Part shown: positions 1 through 14,321 of the stretch, piece after piece | Layout: each line of letters opens with the position of its first letter | Position numbering within the stretch: the first letter of the stretch is position 1 | Assembly (NCBI RefSeq): GCF_964194155.1 | Contig: NC_135899.1 | Location: forward strand, 56,482,001-56,546,000 | DNA: 64,000 nucleotides | Direction: 5' to 3' | Source: Cetorhinus maximus | Lineage: Eukaryota | Notes under the pieces: generated by a model | Told to the model about the DNA's origin: nothing | The model's database searches: none | Seen by the model: the letters and a program-made list of their open reading frames with translations, nothing else | Position numbers and translations under genes: made by a program

Positions 1-2402
1 AGCAACATCTGCCTGGTTAGGAACATTAACTATGTGCAGTGTCAATAAAGCTCAATGACAAACAAGACACTCATAACATCATGGGTTCCCGTCCACCTGC
101 AGAAGTAAGGAATCACCCTGAGCCATGTTAACATATGAAGCATTCAATGAGTGTAACAAATAAAACAGAAAAGAGACTTAGTTCAAAGGTGTTGAGCAGC
201 ACACCAAATTATAATCAGCTAATAGCGGGGCAACATAAAACCACCAGTGAGAAGCCTGTGGTGTGCCTAAGGTGCCCTAAGTTTACTTTTTCGGGTGCAA
301 CGTCAAGGTGCTCCCCCCTCGCTGGCACTGGCATTTGAGACAGCCTGCACTGTGCTGTCCTGTTGGCCTCGATGACTTTGGCGAGCGTCCTCTGGCCTGT
401 GGAGTCTGTGCTGGCCGCGTCTGGGAGGGAGTGACCAGTTCCACTGCTGGCATCTCCCCAGTCGCCGCAGCCTCATCGGATGCCATGGTCACTGGCAGAG
501 GGGCAGAGGAGCTGCTACCCTCATCCGGAGCGCCCTGAGAGGAGCTCACAGAGACGACAGGCAGCTGCTGCGCCAATGTAAGGTCGCTTCGGACCTCCAT
601 GCTCACCATTGATGGATGGGCACTGAGCTGGGTTACTTGGTGCCCAATCCATCTCCCACACTGACACTGACCAGCTGAGGTCATAGTCGCTGTGAGGGTT
701 TGCAGGTCCAAGCGCGTCCCCAGGAAGCCCTGATTGTTCTCCTGGAGGAGCTTCTCTATGAGAGTCGCCACTCTCTCCATGGGGGAGGCATTGCACTCGG
801 CCATGAGGGTCAATGCATTGCTGATGCTCCACATGGACTCCTCCATTATGGAGACCATACCACAGATAGCCTCATGTATCTCTGCCAGATCCTCTCACAC
901 ACCCTGTTGGATTTCCAGCATCTGCTGTTTCAGGGATGACTCCAGAGACACATCATCAGCCACAGACTGAGCATGTACCGGGTCCCCTGCAGTCCTCTGA
1001 CTGCCGGTGCCATGGGCACTCTCTGTCTCCGCCTGCACCTCAAGCAAGAGTGAGGTGCCCTCACCACCGTGTCCCGGGACACTAGCCGACGATCTTATCC
1101 TCACCGAGGTGCTAGTATCTGCGCTGGTACCTGTCTGGCAGAGATGGTGTGACGCTGGTGCTTCTAATTGCTCTGGGCCCTCAGGTGTTAGTAGCGGCCC
1201 CTCTGCCTCCTCCTCCTGGCCCTGTTCCGGTAATGCTGGAAGGAAGAACAAGGACATTAGATTAGTTGATGTTGTAACACTGTTAATGTGCATGCCTGGC
1301 CCTCCGATCAGTACGCGCTCCTCCTTCCATAATCAATGGTAAACCCGTGTTGGCAGCTTAAATCACTAAACAGTCAACAGTGGAATGGTTGCAAGGACAG
1401 ACATGGTGACCTCAGTGCACGGCACTCTTACCTCCCCCAGGCACCCTCACCGCCACCAGTGGACCTGGGCGCATGGTGCCTCTCCAGCTCCACTGTCTCC
1501 TACTCATAACTGGTTATAATCACCAACTGTGCCTGGCCTCCGCCAGTCTGCATCCGCTCCGCGTTATTGTGTGTGGTCTTCTCCCCTTCCAGTACGTCAG
1601 CAGCCTGACTTTGACATGTTTCGGAGTTCCAGCACTGCGCCTAGGTGCAGATCCTTGAGGTTGCCCCCAAAACAGTACTGTGGGTGTCAGTCTACCACAT
1701 ACAGCAGGTGCAGAGCCCAGCTCAGCACAACCCTCTTAGGATGATCTAGGCATGGGCATTATCTGCTGGCCCACCCAGTGAAGGTCACATGCTGTGAATG
1801 ATTCAGTGCAGTAGCTACATTCAGAGCTTGGGGGGGGTGTCAGTGGGGGAACCTAACTGCTGTGTTAAGTGACCCCATGCCAACACGATGCTCACCCTTC
1901 CTGAGCACAACAGGTCATTGAAACACTTGCAGCACTGAACCCAGGTGCATCGTCGCCACCTCCTCCCAGGCACGTTTGGTCACGTGGGCCGCCTCCTCCT
2001 CCTGTCCCTTGGAACGGGGATCTCCAGCTGTGCTGCCACCTCCTTGGGGAGGTCAGCAAGGCACTCGTCCGAGAAGTGAGGGGCACAATGCCCCGCTGAC
2101 CTGCCCTCCTGCCTGGCCTGCTCACCAGTAGCGGCCTTGGGAGCCCTTCTGCTGGCCATGGTTGATAGCCTTTGCAAGGCTGCCTGCGCGCTCTTTAAAC
2201 AAGCTGCCGGGTCGCCATTGGACCCCGTGGTCATTGCAGTCCCGCTGCCGCCCGCCCACTCCCACTGCCCTCGGGAGCCGCGATTCACGCTGGGCGGGCC
2301 TTAATTGGCCTACCCATGTAAAATGGCGGCGCGGAGCCAATCACGGGCGGAGATCGGCTCTGCACCCAGCCGCGCCCACCCAACAGGGAGAAAATTCTCC
2401 CC
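1..2402 (-). mobile_element. Decayed PIF/Harbinger DNA transposon: spliced Myb/SANT-like gene and right-hand TIR
   Basis: Minus-strand pieces APHFSDECLADL..EVAA (ATG about 2159), EKTTHNNAERMQTGGG (about 1432-1590) and a long last exon (about 283-1235), with stops and frameshifts; terminus AAAATTCTCCCC at 2391-2402 resembles the MITE TIRs at 53610 and 57229. Confidence 0.72.
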
Positions 2403-3664
2403 ATGGACAAAGAAGGTCCAGGTTCAATCATGTCTGACCCGAGTTCGATGCTCAATGCTGTATCAATATCCCAGTCTAATTATGCAAATTATGTGGACCA
2501 ACTGAAGTATATGAATTACGTGTATGCTGAGTAACAGATACCCCGGAGTGAACACAAGGCTTCAATCAAGGCCAAAATCAAAACATACCGGGAATACTAG
2601 AAATCCGAAATGAAAATAGAAAATGCTGGAGATTCTCAGCAGATCTGTGGAGAGAGAAACAGAGTTGAAGTTTCAGAACTTCTAGAGTCAAGGTGTTCAG
2701 ATTGTTCACTTCTCTGTATCTTTTGGGATTGACTAAAAGTTCTGGTATCTTCTGCCTCTTTAAAGAGCCCCCCCACCCCCGACAATGTGATCACACTGAA
2801 CATATTTATATTCAGTAGACCAGAACACGTGGTGGGTAGACAGCCATTAAATGTTTTCCAAACCATATATTAACACACTGGGGAATTCAGACCAGTTGGT
2901 CAAAATTGGGACATCGATAATGCTCTTGCTCTCAGCCGGGAGATTCTGTATCTTATCCTTCATGTAGTTACTACTCAATTGGTGAGAGCCTTGTGTTCAC
3001 TTCTTCCCCCTAAGCCCTTGCTGACATCAACACCCTTTCCACTTACCCTGACCAAAAGCTGCTGACGTTCAATTGCAAAAGGAAGCTTTAATGTGGCTGT
3101 CACTGGAGACTGGAATTTGAGCACAATTCTCTCAACTGCTGGGTGTCCATCACTCCACTGTTGTAGTTACCAGTAACTAGGTAACTGCAAAAGTAGTGCA
3201 GAAATACTCTATTTTTTCCCCTCCCCCATAAACCTATGAACTTGTAGATTCAGACATGAATAACAGGATTGAAGGGCCAGACTATGAATGGAATGTGTCA
3301 AAAACACATGGATTATTTGTGGGAGGCAATTTTCTCCTTTGTGATTTCACACGCACAAGATGCCAGAGCTGAAGAATGCCATTTCCACTCAACCACACAG
3401 AAATGGATAATGGATAAAGAAAAACTGTCAATGCTGGAAAAAGTATTTCCGAATCCAAATGAGAATGCTTTAATAAATAACAGGAAAAATGGCTTCTGAA
3501 AATTAGATTTCACCTCATCAACCTTTGAGGTGGTGGCATGCCAATTCAAAGGACAGGACATAAAGTCACAGCCTGAGACATCAGGAGGCCTTTGATAAAA
3601 TGCCACATGAAAGGCTGTTTTGAAAACTAAAGTTGATGGGTGTCACAGGTAGGAAACCCATTTC

Positions 3665-3800
3665 AGGTGTGGCTCAGTTGGTAACATGCTTGCCTCTGTG
3701 TCAGAAGTTCATGGGTTCAAGCCCTACTCCAGAGACTTGAGCATATAGTCAAGGCTGCACTTTAATGCAGAACTGAAGCAGTGCTACACTGCCTGGAGGA
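3665..3800 (+). mobile_element. tRNA-derived SINE 5' part (Deu-domain / SacSINE1-like)
   Basis: A box TGGCTCAGTTGG, B box GGTTCAAGCCC, then GAGACTTGAGCA...GCAGTGCTACACTG. Confidence 0.7.
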
Positions 3801-5182
3801 AAATTCAGGTGATGTATATAATGAGCTACTGATCCAATGAAGTTGAAAAAGTGATAGTTAAAGGAAATGTATATATAGTATGATTTCATTGGTTCTGTTT
3901 ATGACTGATTGGTAACTGCTCATTTTTGATGTTTATATTTTAACATTAGGATCAATCATTCCATTTCATGTTTTCCTGCTTGGCATTAGCATATGCTCTA
4001 CCTGTTTAATGAAAATACAATTCGAGACAATCACACACAAAAGTGTCACAAATTTCCATGTGTCATGCATACCTAAAGAGCGATGGCCAAATTGTATGAC
4101 AGATACAAGATATCTGTAATAATATTGCAGGTTGATTGAAATATGCAACAAAATGTTCACTTCGAGCTGGTGATGGTGCTGTTACTCTTTGACGGTAAAA
4201 TGGCAAATACTCTGCAAGCTATTTTGCATCCTCTGCTGGCCAGAGGATGTTACAACATTTGTGGAATATTGGTTGACATCTGCTACCAAGTTAAACGTCA
4301 ATGCGTGGTAAAAACAAAGGTGCTCCTGTCCAAGAGTGTGCTATCAACTGCTGTGTTCAATTCTTTTTAAAATAATATATAATGAGCTCTTCATTCCTTT
4401 CAAAGATTTGCGGAAGCATTTGGATCTCCTCATTTAGAATCACAGGATTGTTATGATGCAGAAGGTGGCCATTTGGCCCATCGCGTAAGCACCAGTCCTC
4501 CGAATGAGCAACTCATCTAGTACCATTCCCCTGCCTTTTCCCCCGTAATCTTGCACATTCTTCCTTTTTATATAACAGTCTCAATTTAGGAATCTGCTCT
4601 TATTTTTAGATTCAATGTTCCCCCCCACCCCACCCTTGTGTTTTACAGCTCTTTCGACTTCATGGCAAACAGGCTAGCAATAACTGAGTGGGTGGAAGCA
4701 ATGGGTAAAATACCAGGGGGCGTGGGGTGGGGGTAGAAAGACTTATCCCCTCCCTCACTCCAGGCCCCGAGCCACTCCTTCAATTTTGCCAGCTTTCTCT
4801 CAAATTTAAAATGGGATGATCGTCCTTGATCAACCCATAACCTTCTCCAATCAATCCGTGTCTTTAATCTTTCTATGCTGCATTGGCAGTGTTAAATTTA
4901 TACTGCATATTACTAATCCTGGTCCATTTTGGTTCTTTTTCTTGTAATAAGCATATTTCAGGTTAAATGATGGTTTATAAAGCAGAAAAAAATCTAAGAG
5001 GGAAAACAGTGGTAATGACACTAAATTGAAATAATACAATTTATACTTACAGACAAACAAGAAAATCATCACTGCTTCACAAGGAAGATAAATAGAAAAT
5101 TCTGACTAAAGCTTATTTGATCAGATTTGACATTGCACTTGTAAAATCCTGGAGCCTTTGTTAAACTGATTCCTGTGCAGTG

Positions 5183-5590
5183 TTTTTTTCAATCATTCAT
5201 GGGGTGTGGGCATCCCTGGCTAGGGATAGTCCACCCCTGATTTCCCCTGAAAAGATGGTAGCGAGCTGCCTTCTTGAATAAATCTGGGTGACTTCTTAGA
5301 TCATTTCAGTGGATGGTTAAGAGTCTACCACATTACATTGGGTCTGGGGTCACAGAACAGCCAGACTGGATTAAAGGGGGTAGATTTCCTTTCCTCAAGG
5401 ACATCAGTGAACCAGATGGGCTTTTACAATAATCCAGTAGTTTCATATTCACCATTACTAATATTAGCTTTTTATTTCAGACTTATTTAATTCATTGAAT
5501 TTAAATTCTCCAGCTGTCATGGTGGGATTTGAATTTATGTCTCCAGGTCTCTGGATTATCAGTTCAGTAACATAACCACTATGCTACCAT
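5183..5590 (-). mobile_element. Bipartite SINE: tRNA-like head + LINE 5' UTR + LINE 3' tail
   Basis: 5290-5590 matches the LINE head (43200-43511) and 5183-5280 matches the LINE tail (45389-45490); related pieces at 30380-30580, 44985-45080 and 60038-60480. Confidence 0.78.
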
Positions 5591-7659
5591 AACCTGCAAT
5601 GCAATAACTTTGGGACTTAATGGAAACATATGGTATGGTGACCAATGATCAATAAAAGCTGGTCAATAACTTCAAGACTTCTGTGACTACCATAATTTGT
5701 AAAGAAAGCAATATTTACCATCTGATCATTTTCGGTCATTTACTAGGTGTGTATGTGTGCAGTGTGTGTACAGGATTTTTAACATTTAGTGTATTTTTGC
5801 TTCGTTTAGAACATATGGCTGCCTGGCTTCACGCTTTCAGCATATCTCAGATAGGATAGCAGCAACAAATACCACTGCCCTTTCCTGCCCGACCTGAGCT
5901 TGACAAGGGGCATGGGTGGGGAGGGTGCTGGGGTAGCTAGCTCAATTACTACTCCTGCCCTGTTGCCGACTGGTACAGTAAGCAGCACAATACCAGTGTA
6001 GGAGGATGCCAACAGGTACAGTGTGACACATCACTGTGAACAGGCACAACCGAGGACAAGGAAGTGATTGAAGCTACATTTACACCAATGACCTCAACCT
6101 TCATCCAGCAATAAATGCTGTGCATATGCAGAAATGCAATCTCCTAAAAAAAAATATGCACAGCATGCATTATGTAAAATCCTACCTTTGTATGTCAGAG
6201 TTGAATAGAAAAGCAATGATCTTATCTGAGCAAATCTTGTCCGTTCATTGAAAGAAGTGTAGGAATCCTGTACAGCTTACTTCAATTTCCTTTCCAGCCT
6301 GGTTTTCTGATACATGGTCATTCTGAGCAGCAGTACTCCAGCTCTCAATCTGTTAATCATGTGAGAATTCCAAGCGTGTACACATACCACCTAATGTTGC
6401 CATGTCACTCTTAGTAACTGTGTGGTTGATCTGATGTGTAAACAAACACAGGAGGAAACAGAGCATAATCCAGGGCTTCATAATTGCACATCATTTTAAT
6501 CCATCTTCTTCATCTCGATAGCTTTATTTTCATGAAAGCATTGCCTTGCTAACCAGGCAAATTGCAAAAATCTGTCATTTTCACACATCTTAAGTCTTAG
6601 CATTTTTTAAAAAGGCCTTACAAATTAAAAATATATATTGTTTCCTTTATTTCTAAATATTGCAGTGCCTGAATTAGTTGTTCAATTGCAGTGTCTTATT
6701 TTGATGAGGTTTAAGAGTTTCAATAAGTTGGCCATTAAACTGCCCCACCACTGTTTTCTAACAGGAACTGAAGAGGTTTTTTTCAAAGCTAATCACCCCT
6801 TTGGTTAACATGACAATTGAAACACAGATATGCAACTACAAACCAGATCATAGAATTTGCATGTCCATTTTTGCATTACTTTAAACATCGTTCATAACTT
6901 TCAAGAAACTTAACTTGATGCAAATAATGCCACAGAGGGGTCAGTGTTTGTAAACTGGAGAACAAGCAAGGAAAGAAAGAGCAACATAGGAGCACAATTG
7001 TAGCCTTTATTCTAAATATAGATCCAATCCGTTCGCTTCTTAAAAAAATAGAACTGAAAGAGGGTCAAGATTTACTTATACATGGAATTCCTATTTGGAC
7101 CTATCTGTTCCTTTGCCAAAATTGGCATTTAACACCCCATCCAATGTAAGAAATTGCAATTGTTATAATATAGTTCACAAATGCTTTGTTTTGTTCAAAG
7201 TTATTAAAGAAAAGGAATATAACTCATTTTGCCTGTGTGAATTTGGAAATATTTACGCTTTATATAGCATGCATCTTAATACAAAGCTCCCCCTCACCAC
7301 CCACCTTCAACATTTCCCACTCCAAATATTTTCCCTCACATCTTGACAAGTCGACTAACATGGGGCTGGCCCGCAATATCTCACTTAAGTGACAGTCTTC
7401 ACCATGGGCACAAGCCATTGAATACCAGCGAGATAAATTATCATCTGGGGAATCATATTGAAGCTCAGTCAGTCCTCATCCAATTTCCATTCATGTCTAC
7501 TTCTCAGGAGTCACTGACTATTAATCAGGTACACCACCCTGACTGGTTCTCACTTTCGTAACCTAGAGTACTGGGGTCAATTGGAACATTCCCATCTTAT
7601 CCCAGCTAACTCCTCTTCCCCAGTTACAAATCAGGTTCTTCCTTGATTTAGGCAAAGAA

Positions 7660-8060
7660 GTCTTATATCACACTTCTCACACCCTCAGAACATCCCAAAG
7701 AGCTTTACAGTCAATGAAGTACTTTTGACGTGCAGTCACTGTTGTAGTGGTGGAAATGTGGCAACCAATTTGCACATGGCAAGGTGCCACAAACAGCAAA
7801 GTGATAATGTCCAGATCATCTGGTTTTTAGTGATGATGGTTTTGGGATAAATATTGGCCAAGGCACTGGGGAGAACTCCCCTGTTCTTCCTCAAAATAGG
7901 GTGTTTTATATCCAGCTGAGAGAGCAAAATAGTTTGACAGTTTAACATCCTATCTGAAAACCAGCAACTGCAACAGTGCAGCACTCCCTGGAGCCTTGAT
8001 GATCTGCACAATTCTCAGGAGAGGGGCATAAACCCACAACCGCTTTTATACACTGAGCCA
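7660..8060 (-). mobile_element. Deu-type SINE with L2-like tail; further copies at about 9790-10100(+), 10830-10940(-), 11850-12260(-), 30230-30375(+), 43840-44200(-), 49690-50190(-), 55220-55390(-)
   Basis: Shared blocks CATCCCAAAG.GCTTTACAG..AATGAAGTACTTTTGA and GGATAAATATTGGCCA across copies. Confidence 0.72.
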
Positions 8061-9219
8061 TCGGGACAGACATACAATCGTTGTCTATGGTAGAAATCTA
8101 TTTACGTACTTGGACACATTACATCAATGTAGTTTCACGGCAGTGAAATCTCACCTTTTTACCAGCACAGAGTGAAGCAAAGCAAAACAAAGTCCTTTCA
8201 TACAGTGAGCAACAGGGAGGGGAAAACCTGCTGTCACAAATCTCAGAACCAATGATTATATGTGCATGGTTAGAGACACGGAAAGAGGAAAATATTACAA
8301 TCACTAGGCTCAAAGGGGAAACACGATTGATGCATGACTCCTCTGCCATGTTCCTTACTAACAGCTAAAGTCATAGAATCTTATAGCACAGGCCATTCAG
8401 CCTGTTGTTTTGACAGTTGCCCAATTTAGTCCCACACCCTAGCTGTATCCCTCAACCCTACAATTTAGTTCTTTTCAAGTGCCTAGACAATTGCCTTTAG
8501 AAAGTTACAATGGAAATTTGCTCCACACTGTATCGTAACGCCTTCAAGATCAAAATAACGCTGTCTGAAGAAATTTCTCCTCACAAGACAGTTTAAGCAT
8601 AAACTTTCTGTCGTGCTATTCTGGAGCTGGCAGTGGGGCTTTTTACACACTGGAATGGGATATGTGTACTCTCTAAACACATGGGAGATAACTGAACATG
8701 GGAAATAGTGAAATAACAGAAAATGGTCAGTTTCGGAAAACGGTTAACATGCCAGCATGATCACGAGTTAATGTTGCAGAAATCTGCATTTCCTTGTTTT
8801 AAGCCAGAGCAATTCAGCCAGCAGTAGGGCACTTTAAGGGCAAATTTTGCATTAACTAGTAACTACAACCTTGTTGAGTTTTTAAATCAAATTACATTTA
8901 ACTGTGGAATTTTTCTAGTGTTTAAAGACATTAAATATTTTCTATGTCCCTGGTCACTGAATATACTTAATATAGATTTATACAGCTTACTACTGGTGGG
9001 GAGGGGGTGGGGAACTAACTACAAGCACAGTATAAAACTAGTTCTAAACTGGGATAAACAAAGTTGTTTTAAAAAAAGATTTTTTAAGTCTGCTGGAACA
9101 AACTTCAACTTTGTGCATCTTTGTGGAAAATGTATATACATTGTGGTCATGTTTCAGTGGTAGTCACTTTTGTCAGTCAAGTCATGAGTTCAATCAGCAG
9201 TTCAGAGACATTTTCTTCA

Positions 9220-9775
9220 CTCTTTCACGGGTTGTAGGCATCGCTGGCCAGGCCAGCATTTATTCCCCATTCCAAATTGCCCTGGAGGCGGTGGTGAGCT
9301 GCCTTCTTGAACTGCTGCAGTCCATGTGGTGTAGGTACACCCACAGTGCTGTCAGGGAGAGTTCTTGGATTTTGACCCGGCGACAGTGAAGGGCCACCGA
9401 TATAGTTCCAAGTCAGGATGTTTGTGACTTGGAGGGGATCTTTATGGTGGTGTTCCCATGCATCTGCTGCCCTTGTACCTCTAGGTGGTGGAGGTCACAG
9501 GTTTGCAGGTGCTATTGAAGGAGCCTTGGTGAGTTGCTGCAGTGCATCTTATAGATGCTACTGCCTACACTACTTCAACTGTGCGTCGGTAGTGGATAGA
9601 CTGCCATCATGTGGGCTGCTTTGTCCTGGATGGTGTCAAGCTTCTTGAGTGTTGTTGGAGCTGCATTCATCCAGGCAAGTGGAGAGTATTCCATCACAAT
9701 CCTGACTTGTGCCTTGTAGATGGTGCACCAGCTTTGGGGAGTCAAGAAATGAGTTACTTGCTGCAGAAAAACATG
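9220..9775 (-). mobile_element. 3' fragment of the APE-RT LINE; another at about 22935-23440
   Basis: TIYKAQVRIVMEYSPLAWMNAAPTTLKKLDTIQDKAAH, same tail as 45389-45950. Confidence 0.85.
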
Positions 9776-12458
9776 AGCACATAACCTAGCCTGGCACTCC
9801 ACTACACTACACTACTGAAGGAGTGCTACATTGTCAGAGGTAACATGTTTCTGATGAGATGTTAAGCTAAGTATGCTTTCCTGAGTGGGGGTTAAAGATC
9901 CCAGGGCACTATTTCGAAGTGGAGCAGGGGAGATCCCCCCGATGTCCTGGCCAATATTGATCCCTCAACTAACATCATTAAAACAGTTAATCTTATCATC
10001 ATACTGCAAGTTTCCTACATCACAACAGCTACTACATTTGAAAACTTTGGGACATCCAGAGGTCACGAAAGGCACTACATAAATGCAAGTCTGTCTTTCT
10101 TCTACAATAGATATCTGAACACATTTACTACTGTACACTTCCCAGTTACAACCTGCATAAAATGTAATAGAAATAGTTTAGAACTGTATCAGGTTCAGAC
10201 ATGAACTGGTAGTATAACTGCTAAGTAAACATATGTTTATGTAGATAGGGTACAAACTATGGTGATAATGATGTAGCAAACAGGAGCAACACAGTGAACA
10301 ACTTACATAGCCAATGACAAAACCCACTAAATTAACTACCACTCCCTTAGCCTTTGGTCACCACTCCTGATGAATTCTGTAGCTGTAGGGATACCAGTAG
10401 TGACAGGCTGTATACATATTTGCACACTGATTGAGAGCCATAATCTCTCATGCATGTATACATTTGTTGTACTGAAACTTGCAACATTCAATTTGTATAG
10501 TCACAATTATAAAATATACTATCCACTTGAATAATTATTGCTATTCTCTTCACAATTTTAATGACTTTTACACTAGATTACATGGAAATATGAGGCATTT
10601 TGCTTAAAAATTACAAAGGAGCTGAAAACCCAATGCAATAGACTACATGGAATTTGTTTAAAAAGCGAGAGAATTTGGTCAATGCATTTAAAGAGTTCTC
10701 TAAAGGCTGTCAATATCTCCTCACGGAAATTACTTGGGACTCTATCATTACATTATACAGTAAATAGCACACAGTTCTGTTCAATGTCTTTCAGAAAGTT
10801 CTGAATTAACTGGAGAAAGTTATAAAGTAAGAATCAGGATTTATATCACATCTTTCATGACCTCAGGACGTCCCAAAGTATTAAGACCGACTAAATGCTG
10901 CTGAAGTGCAATCATTGATGTGTTGTGGAGAATGTTGCAGTAGGAATTCATTATTCCCACTTGGCAAGGGCAGCAGGCTAAACTGGGCAAAAAGGCGCCA
11001 ACTATCTGCCATTGCCATAGGCGCCAATTACAACGGCTCCGCTAATAAATGCACTGAGTATTTTGGCCAATTCATCTAAGTTCTTACTTAGCACTTGCCC
11101 ATTTAAAATACCCGATTGACTTCAGCCACAATTGGGTCTTAAAGCAGATTCAATCAGTTGCTTGTACGTCATTAAAGTGATACGATTCAGAATACAAATC
11201 AGATTTCCTGTTTTGTTTTAAATGACCTTTTTGGTTCTACTGTCCACCGAGCAGTTGCCTCAACATCAATCCACCTGCTATAAGTTGTTAGCACCGTCTA
11301 TTGTAACATATACAGGTGCTGACTCTAAAGAAAATAGCGTTACTGTGCAATACAGTCTGCTATCCTTCATAATTCAAATAAGATGCATTTTCACTCCACT
11401 TTCAACTCTCAATACAATTTTATCATGGGAGCCTGTTTCCATCAAAGGCAATAAAACTTTGCAGAAAAATAAACTTTCCTTATTATCTACCTATAGACTA
11501 AGTAGAACAGGTCAGAGTAAATTTCACAGACAAGGTTTGAATAACACTCGTAAAAACATTTGGTTCTTCCTCCTACATGTTACTTCTTGTAAAGTATTCC
11601 AACCCTGTGATGTTTTCAAAGAAACAAGAGCAAATCATTCACCAGCAAAACTCTGTATTACACAATATGTACTGGAGGGTTAGTTGCTATTGAAACAATA
11701 TATTGCTACACAAAGCTTTCGATTCTTGGAAAAAATTACTGACCACCACCCCCTAACCACTTGACACAGGCAAGCAGCAGTAACATTTAGTGGTGGTGGA
11801 AAACAATTCTATGCTCTCCATTTTAAATGTTTAACAAACTTGATTTTACAGCATGTTACAAAGCACTTCATAGTCAAATAGTTACTTCAGAATGCAATCA
11901 CTATTTATGCAGGCAAACCCAGCAGACAACTTGCACGCAGCAAGGGACCACAAACAGCAGTGAGAAGAATGACCGCCTAAGCTATTTTGGTGGCATTGAT
12001 TGAAGGATGAATGTTGGTCAGGGCACTGGCAGAACTCTCCTCCTGTTATAACCATGGGGCTTTTTACATCCTCTGAATCGCCCAATAACATCTCGGTCTA
12101 ATGTTTCATCTAAAGATCACACTTTTTACAATGCAGAACTCCTTTAGTACTGCACTAAAGCATCACCTAGTTTATATACTCAAGTCTTGAAGTGGATCTT
12201 GAATGCTTGACCTTCAGATTCAAGAGGTGAGGGTGCTGACATTGCGCCAAGGCTGCCACCAGTTCTGGAGAGAGTTCGAGGTAAACACATTGAGCTTTCG
12301 GGCTATACAAAGCAGTGAAGCTTCAGTTGTGCTTTAATATTAGAGTTGACATTTTGTGACAAATATGAAATGTGCCTCATGTTGGATCATATTGGTACTT
12401 TTGCTTAAAAGCAAGTCTGTTCAATAACTCTACATACAGCTAATTATAGTTCATTGTT

Positions 12459-12464
12459 TTTAAT
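12459..12464 (-). terminator. Candidate MEAF6 polyadenylation signal (ATTAAA)
   Basis: ATTAAA on the minus strand about 880 nt past the stop codon, preceded by U-rich sequence; other sites are possible. Confidence 0.4.
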
Positions 12465-13340
12465 ACAAAATGGTCACAAATCAATTTTTCCTCTTTTAAA
12501 AAAAAAATAAAGCCATTTGTCCAAAAAAACAAAAAAGTCATAATTGTACAAGTTAAAAGGTAATATTTATACATACAATAATGAAAGCACAACAAAATAT
12601 AATGGGTTCAAAAAAATAAAACCACATGTTGCTATTAAATCTAACTCCATTGAGTCCATTTAGAAATATCTGGAGAATACAGCCTTCTGGTCTTTTCTCA
12701 CACTCACTTTCTCTCAGAACTGCACAAGGCTTTGACACCAAATGAGTGCATTCTGCTTGCATATCAAATTGGTCAAGACACAATCCCACACAGAAGAAGA
12801 AAACACTTTCAATGAAGTTCAGGACAAGGGGAAAAAAACTGCCATTTGTACTCAAAGAGTGAAACAGTAATGGCATCATTTGCATTTTAGGAACTTCCAA
12901 CAAGAGATTTAAAGTCGAATTTTACCAAATGAAAAACACTTCACGTTTTAAGTAGGATATAATCGCACGTAATGCCACTAGTAACATCAAATGGTCAAAC
13001 TGAGTCATAACAGACTTAAAAGTGACCAATTAATTTTCCCTGCCCACCCCCCACGATGGTTTAAACCGACTATAAAACCCAGTGTGTGTTGTGCTGTACT
13101 TGTACAAATAACAAACTATTGGACCGTAACCATACAGCAACATTCAGTTGAACACAGATCAAATGCAGCTTGTAAAAATGCAAGGTGGCCTCAAACACCA
13201 GGATCAGGCACAGCTGCTCTGCTGTAGAATTGGGTCTTGTAAAAAAAATTACTGTGAATGTCTGGAGCAAACTGGTTTTAATGCTCTATGTCCATGTTCT
13301 TGAAACCCTGGTCTTGACAACTGCAACTGGCAAAGGTTCT

Positions 13341-13349
13341 TCAGTAATC
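13341..13349 (-). CDS. MEAF6: MEAF6 last exon coding part (DY-stop)
   Basis: cag|GAT TAC TGA, matching the known ...DY C-terminus; CDS totals 579 nt without and 609 nt with the microexon. Confidence 0.88.
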   Translation of the reverse strand, partial: DY

Positions 13350-14287
13350 CTGTAAATAATTTAAAAAGTCAAATTACATCAAAAATTAAAGAAGCGTCCT
13401 AGTGTCACAACAAGGCAGTTAAGTGCAGGCTAGATTTAGGGTTCAACAATTTTATAATGAAGCACTGCTGAAAGATGAAGATTCAATATGATTCTAAAAT
13501 TGTCAATACCTTGTCTATATTACTAAGCTGAAGACTAATTCCAGAATTAGGTATCCAATTTTATTAAATATACTCTAAATTAGATTTCTCTGTGTTGACC
13601 TCATTTACATTTTAGTGTTAAAGCAAGAAAATCTCACCTGTGTATATGCTATTTTCAATTCACACACATTAGTCTGGGTGTAAAATTTGTTACATTAACA
13701 TATTTCAACAATGGAACATGTAGAACAGCATTCACTACTTTACGCAATGCAATTTAGACAAAGGACAGGACATTGAAACAATAACATCGAAACTTAAAAC
13801 AATTGTTCTTTCCTTCCAGAGGGGTCTTCAACTCACCAACTCCACAGAACATAGATCTCTCTCTGCTGGTCACAGAGACCTGTTGCAAAGAAGTTTTCTA
13901 TATAAAATGTCTTTTTCTTTGCTTATCATGACAGAATGCCAGGTCTCCCCATTACAATAGCATTTGGGATTAGCTCTTCTAGTCTCAAATTACAACCGTT
14001 ACAATCAAGATCACACTTCAACATCTACGCCAAGCCGTTCTATTTGAAGTCAGCTTCATTGACTCGATCAAAACAAATAAAAGCAAAATACTGCAGATGC
14101 TGGAAATAAGTGCTGGAAAATCTCAGCAGGTCTGGCAGCATCTGTGGAGAAACAGAGAGAAACGTCAATTGTTTCTTGTCCACAAATGCTGCTGCCAGAC
14201 CGGCTGAGTTTTCCCCCAGTACTTATAGTTACTTTACAACATTGTAAAGAGTACAGCAAGAAAAAAATTACAAGAAGTTATACTCAC

Positions 14288-14321
14288 AGTTCTTGGTTTT
14301 TTATTCAGCTTGATATCAATC
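14288..14321 (-). CDS. MEAF6: MEAF6 coding exon 7
   Basis: IDIKLNKKPRT; 34 nt, cag/GTGAGT boundaries, phase 2 to phase 0. Confidence 0.94.

Noticed and set aside
283-2160. Domesticated host Myb/SANT gene
   Set aside because: In-frame stops and frameshifts plus an adjacent TIR indicate a decayed transposon gene.
2403-12400. ZC3H12A exons expected from human synteny downstream of MEAF6
   Set aside because: No recognisable NYN/PIN or CCCH coding sequence; the short ORFs (e.g. 11222-11683) look non-coding, so the gene, if syntenic, lies outside the window.
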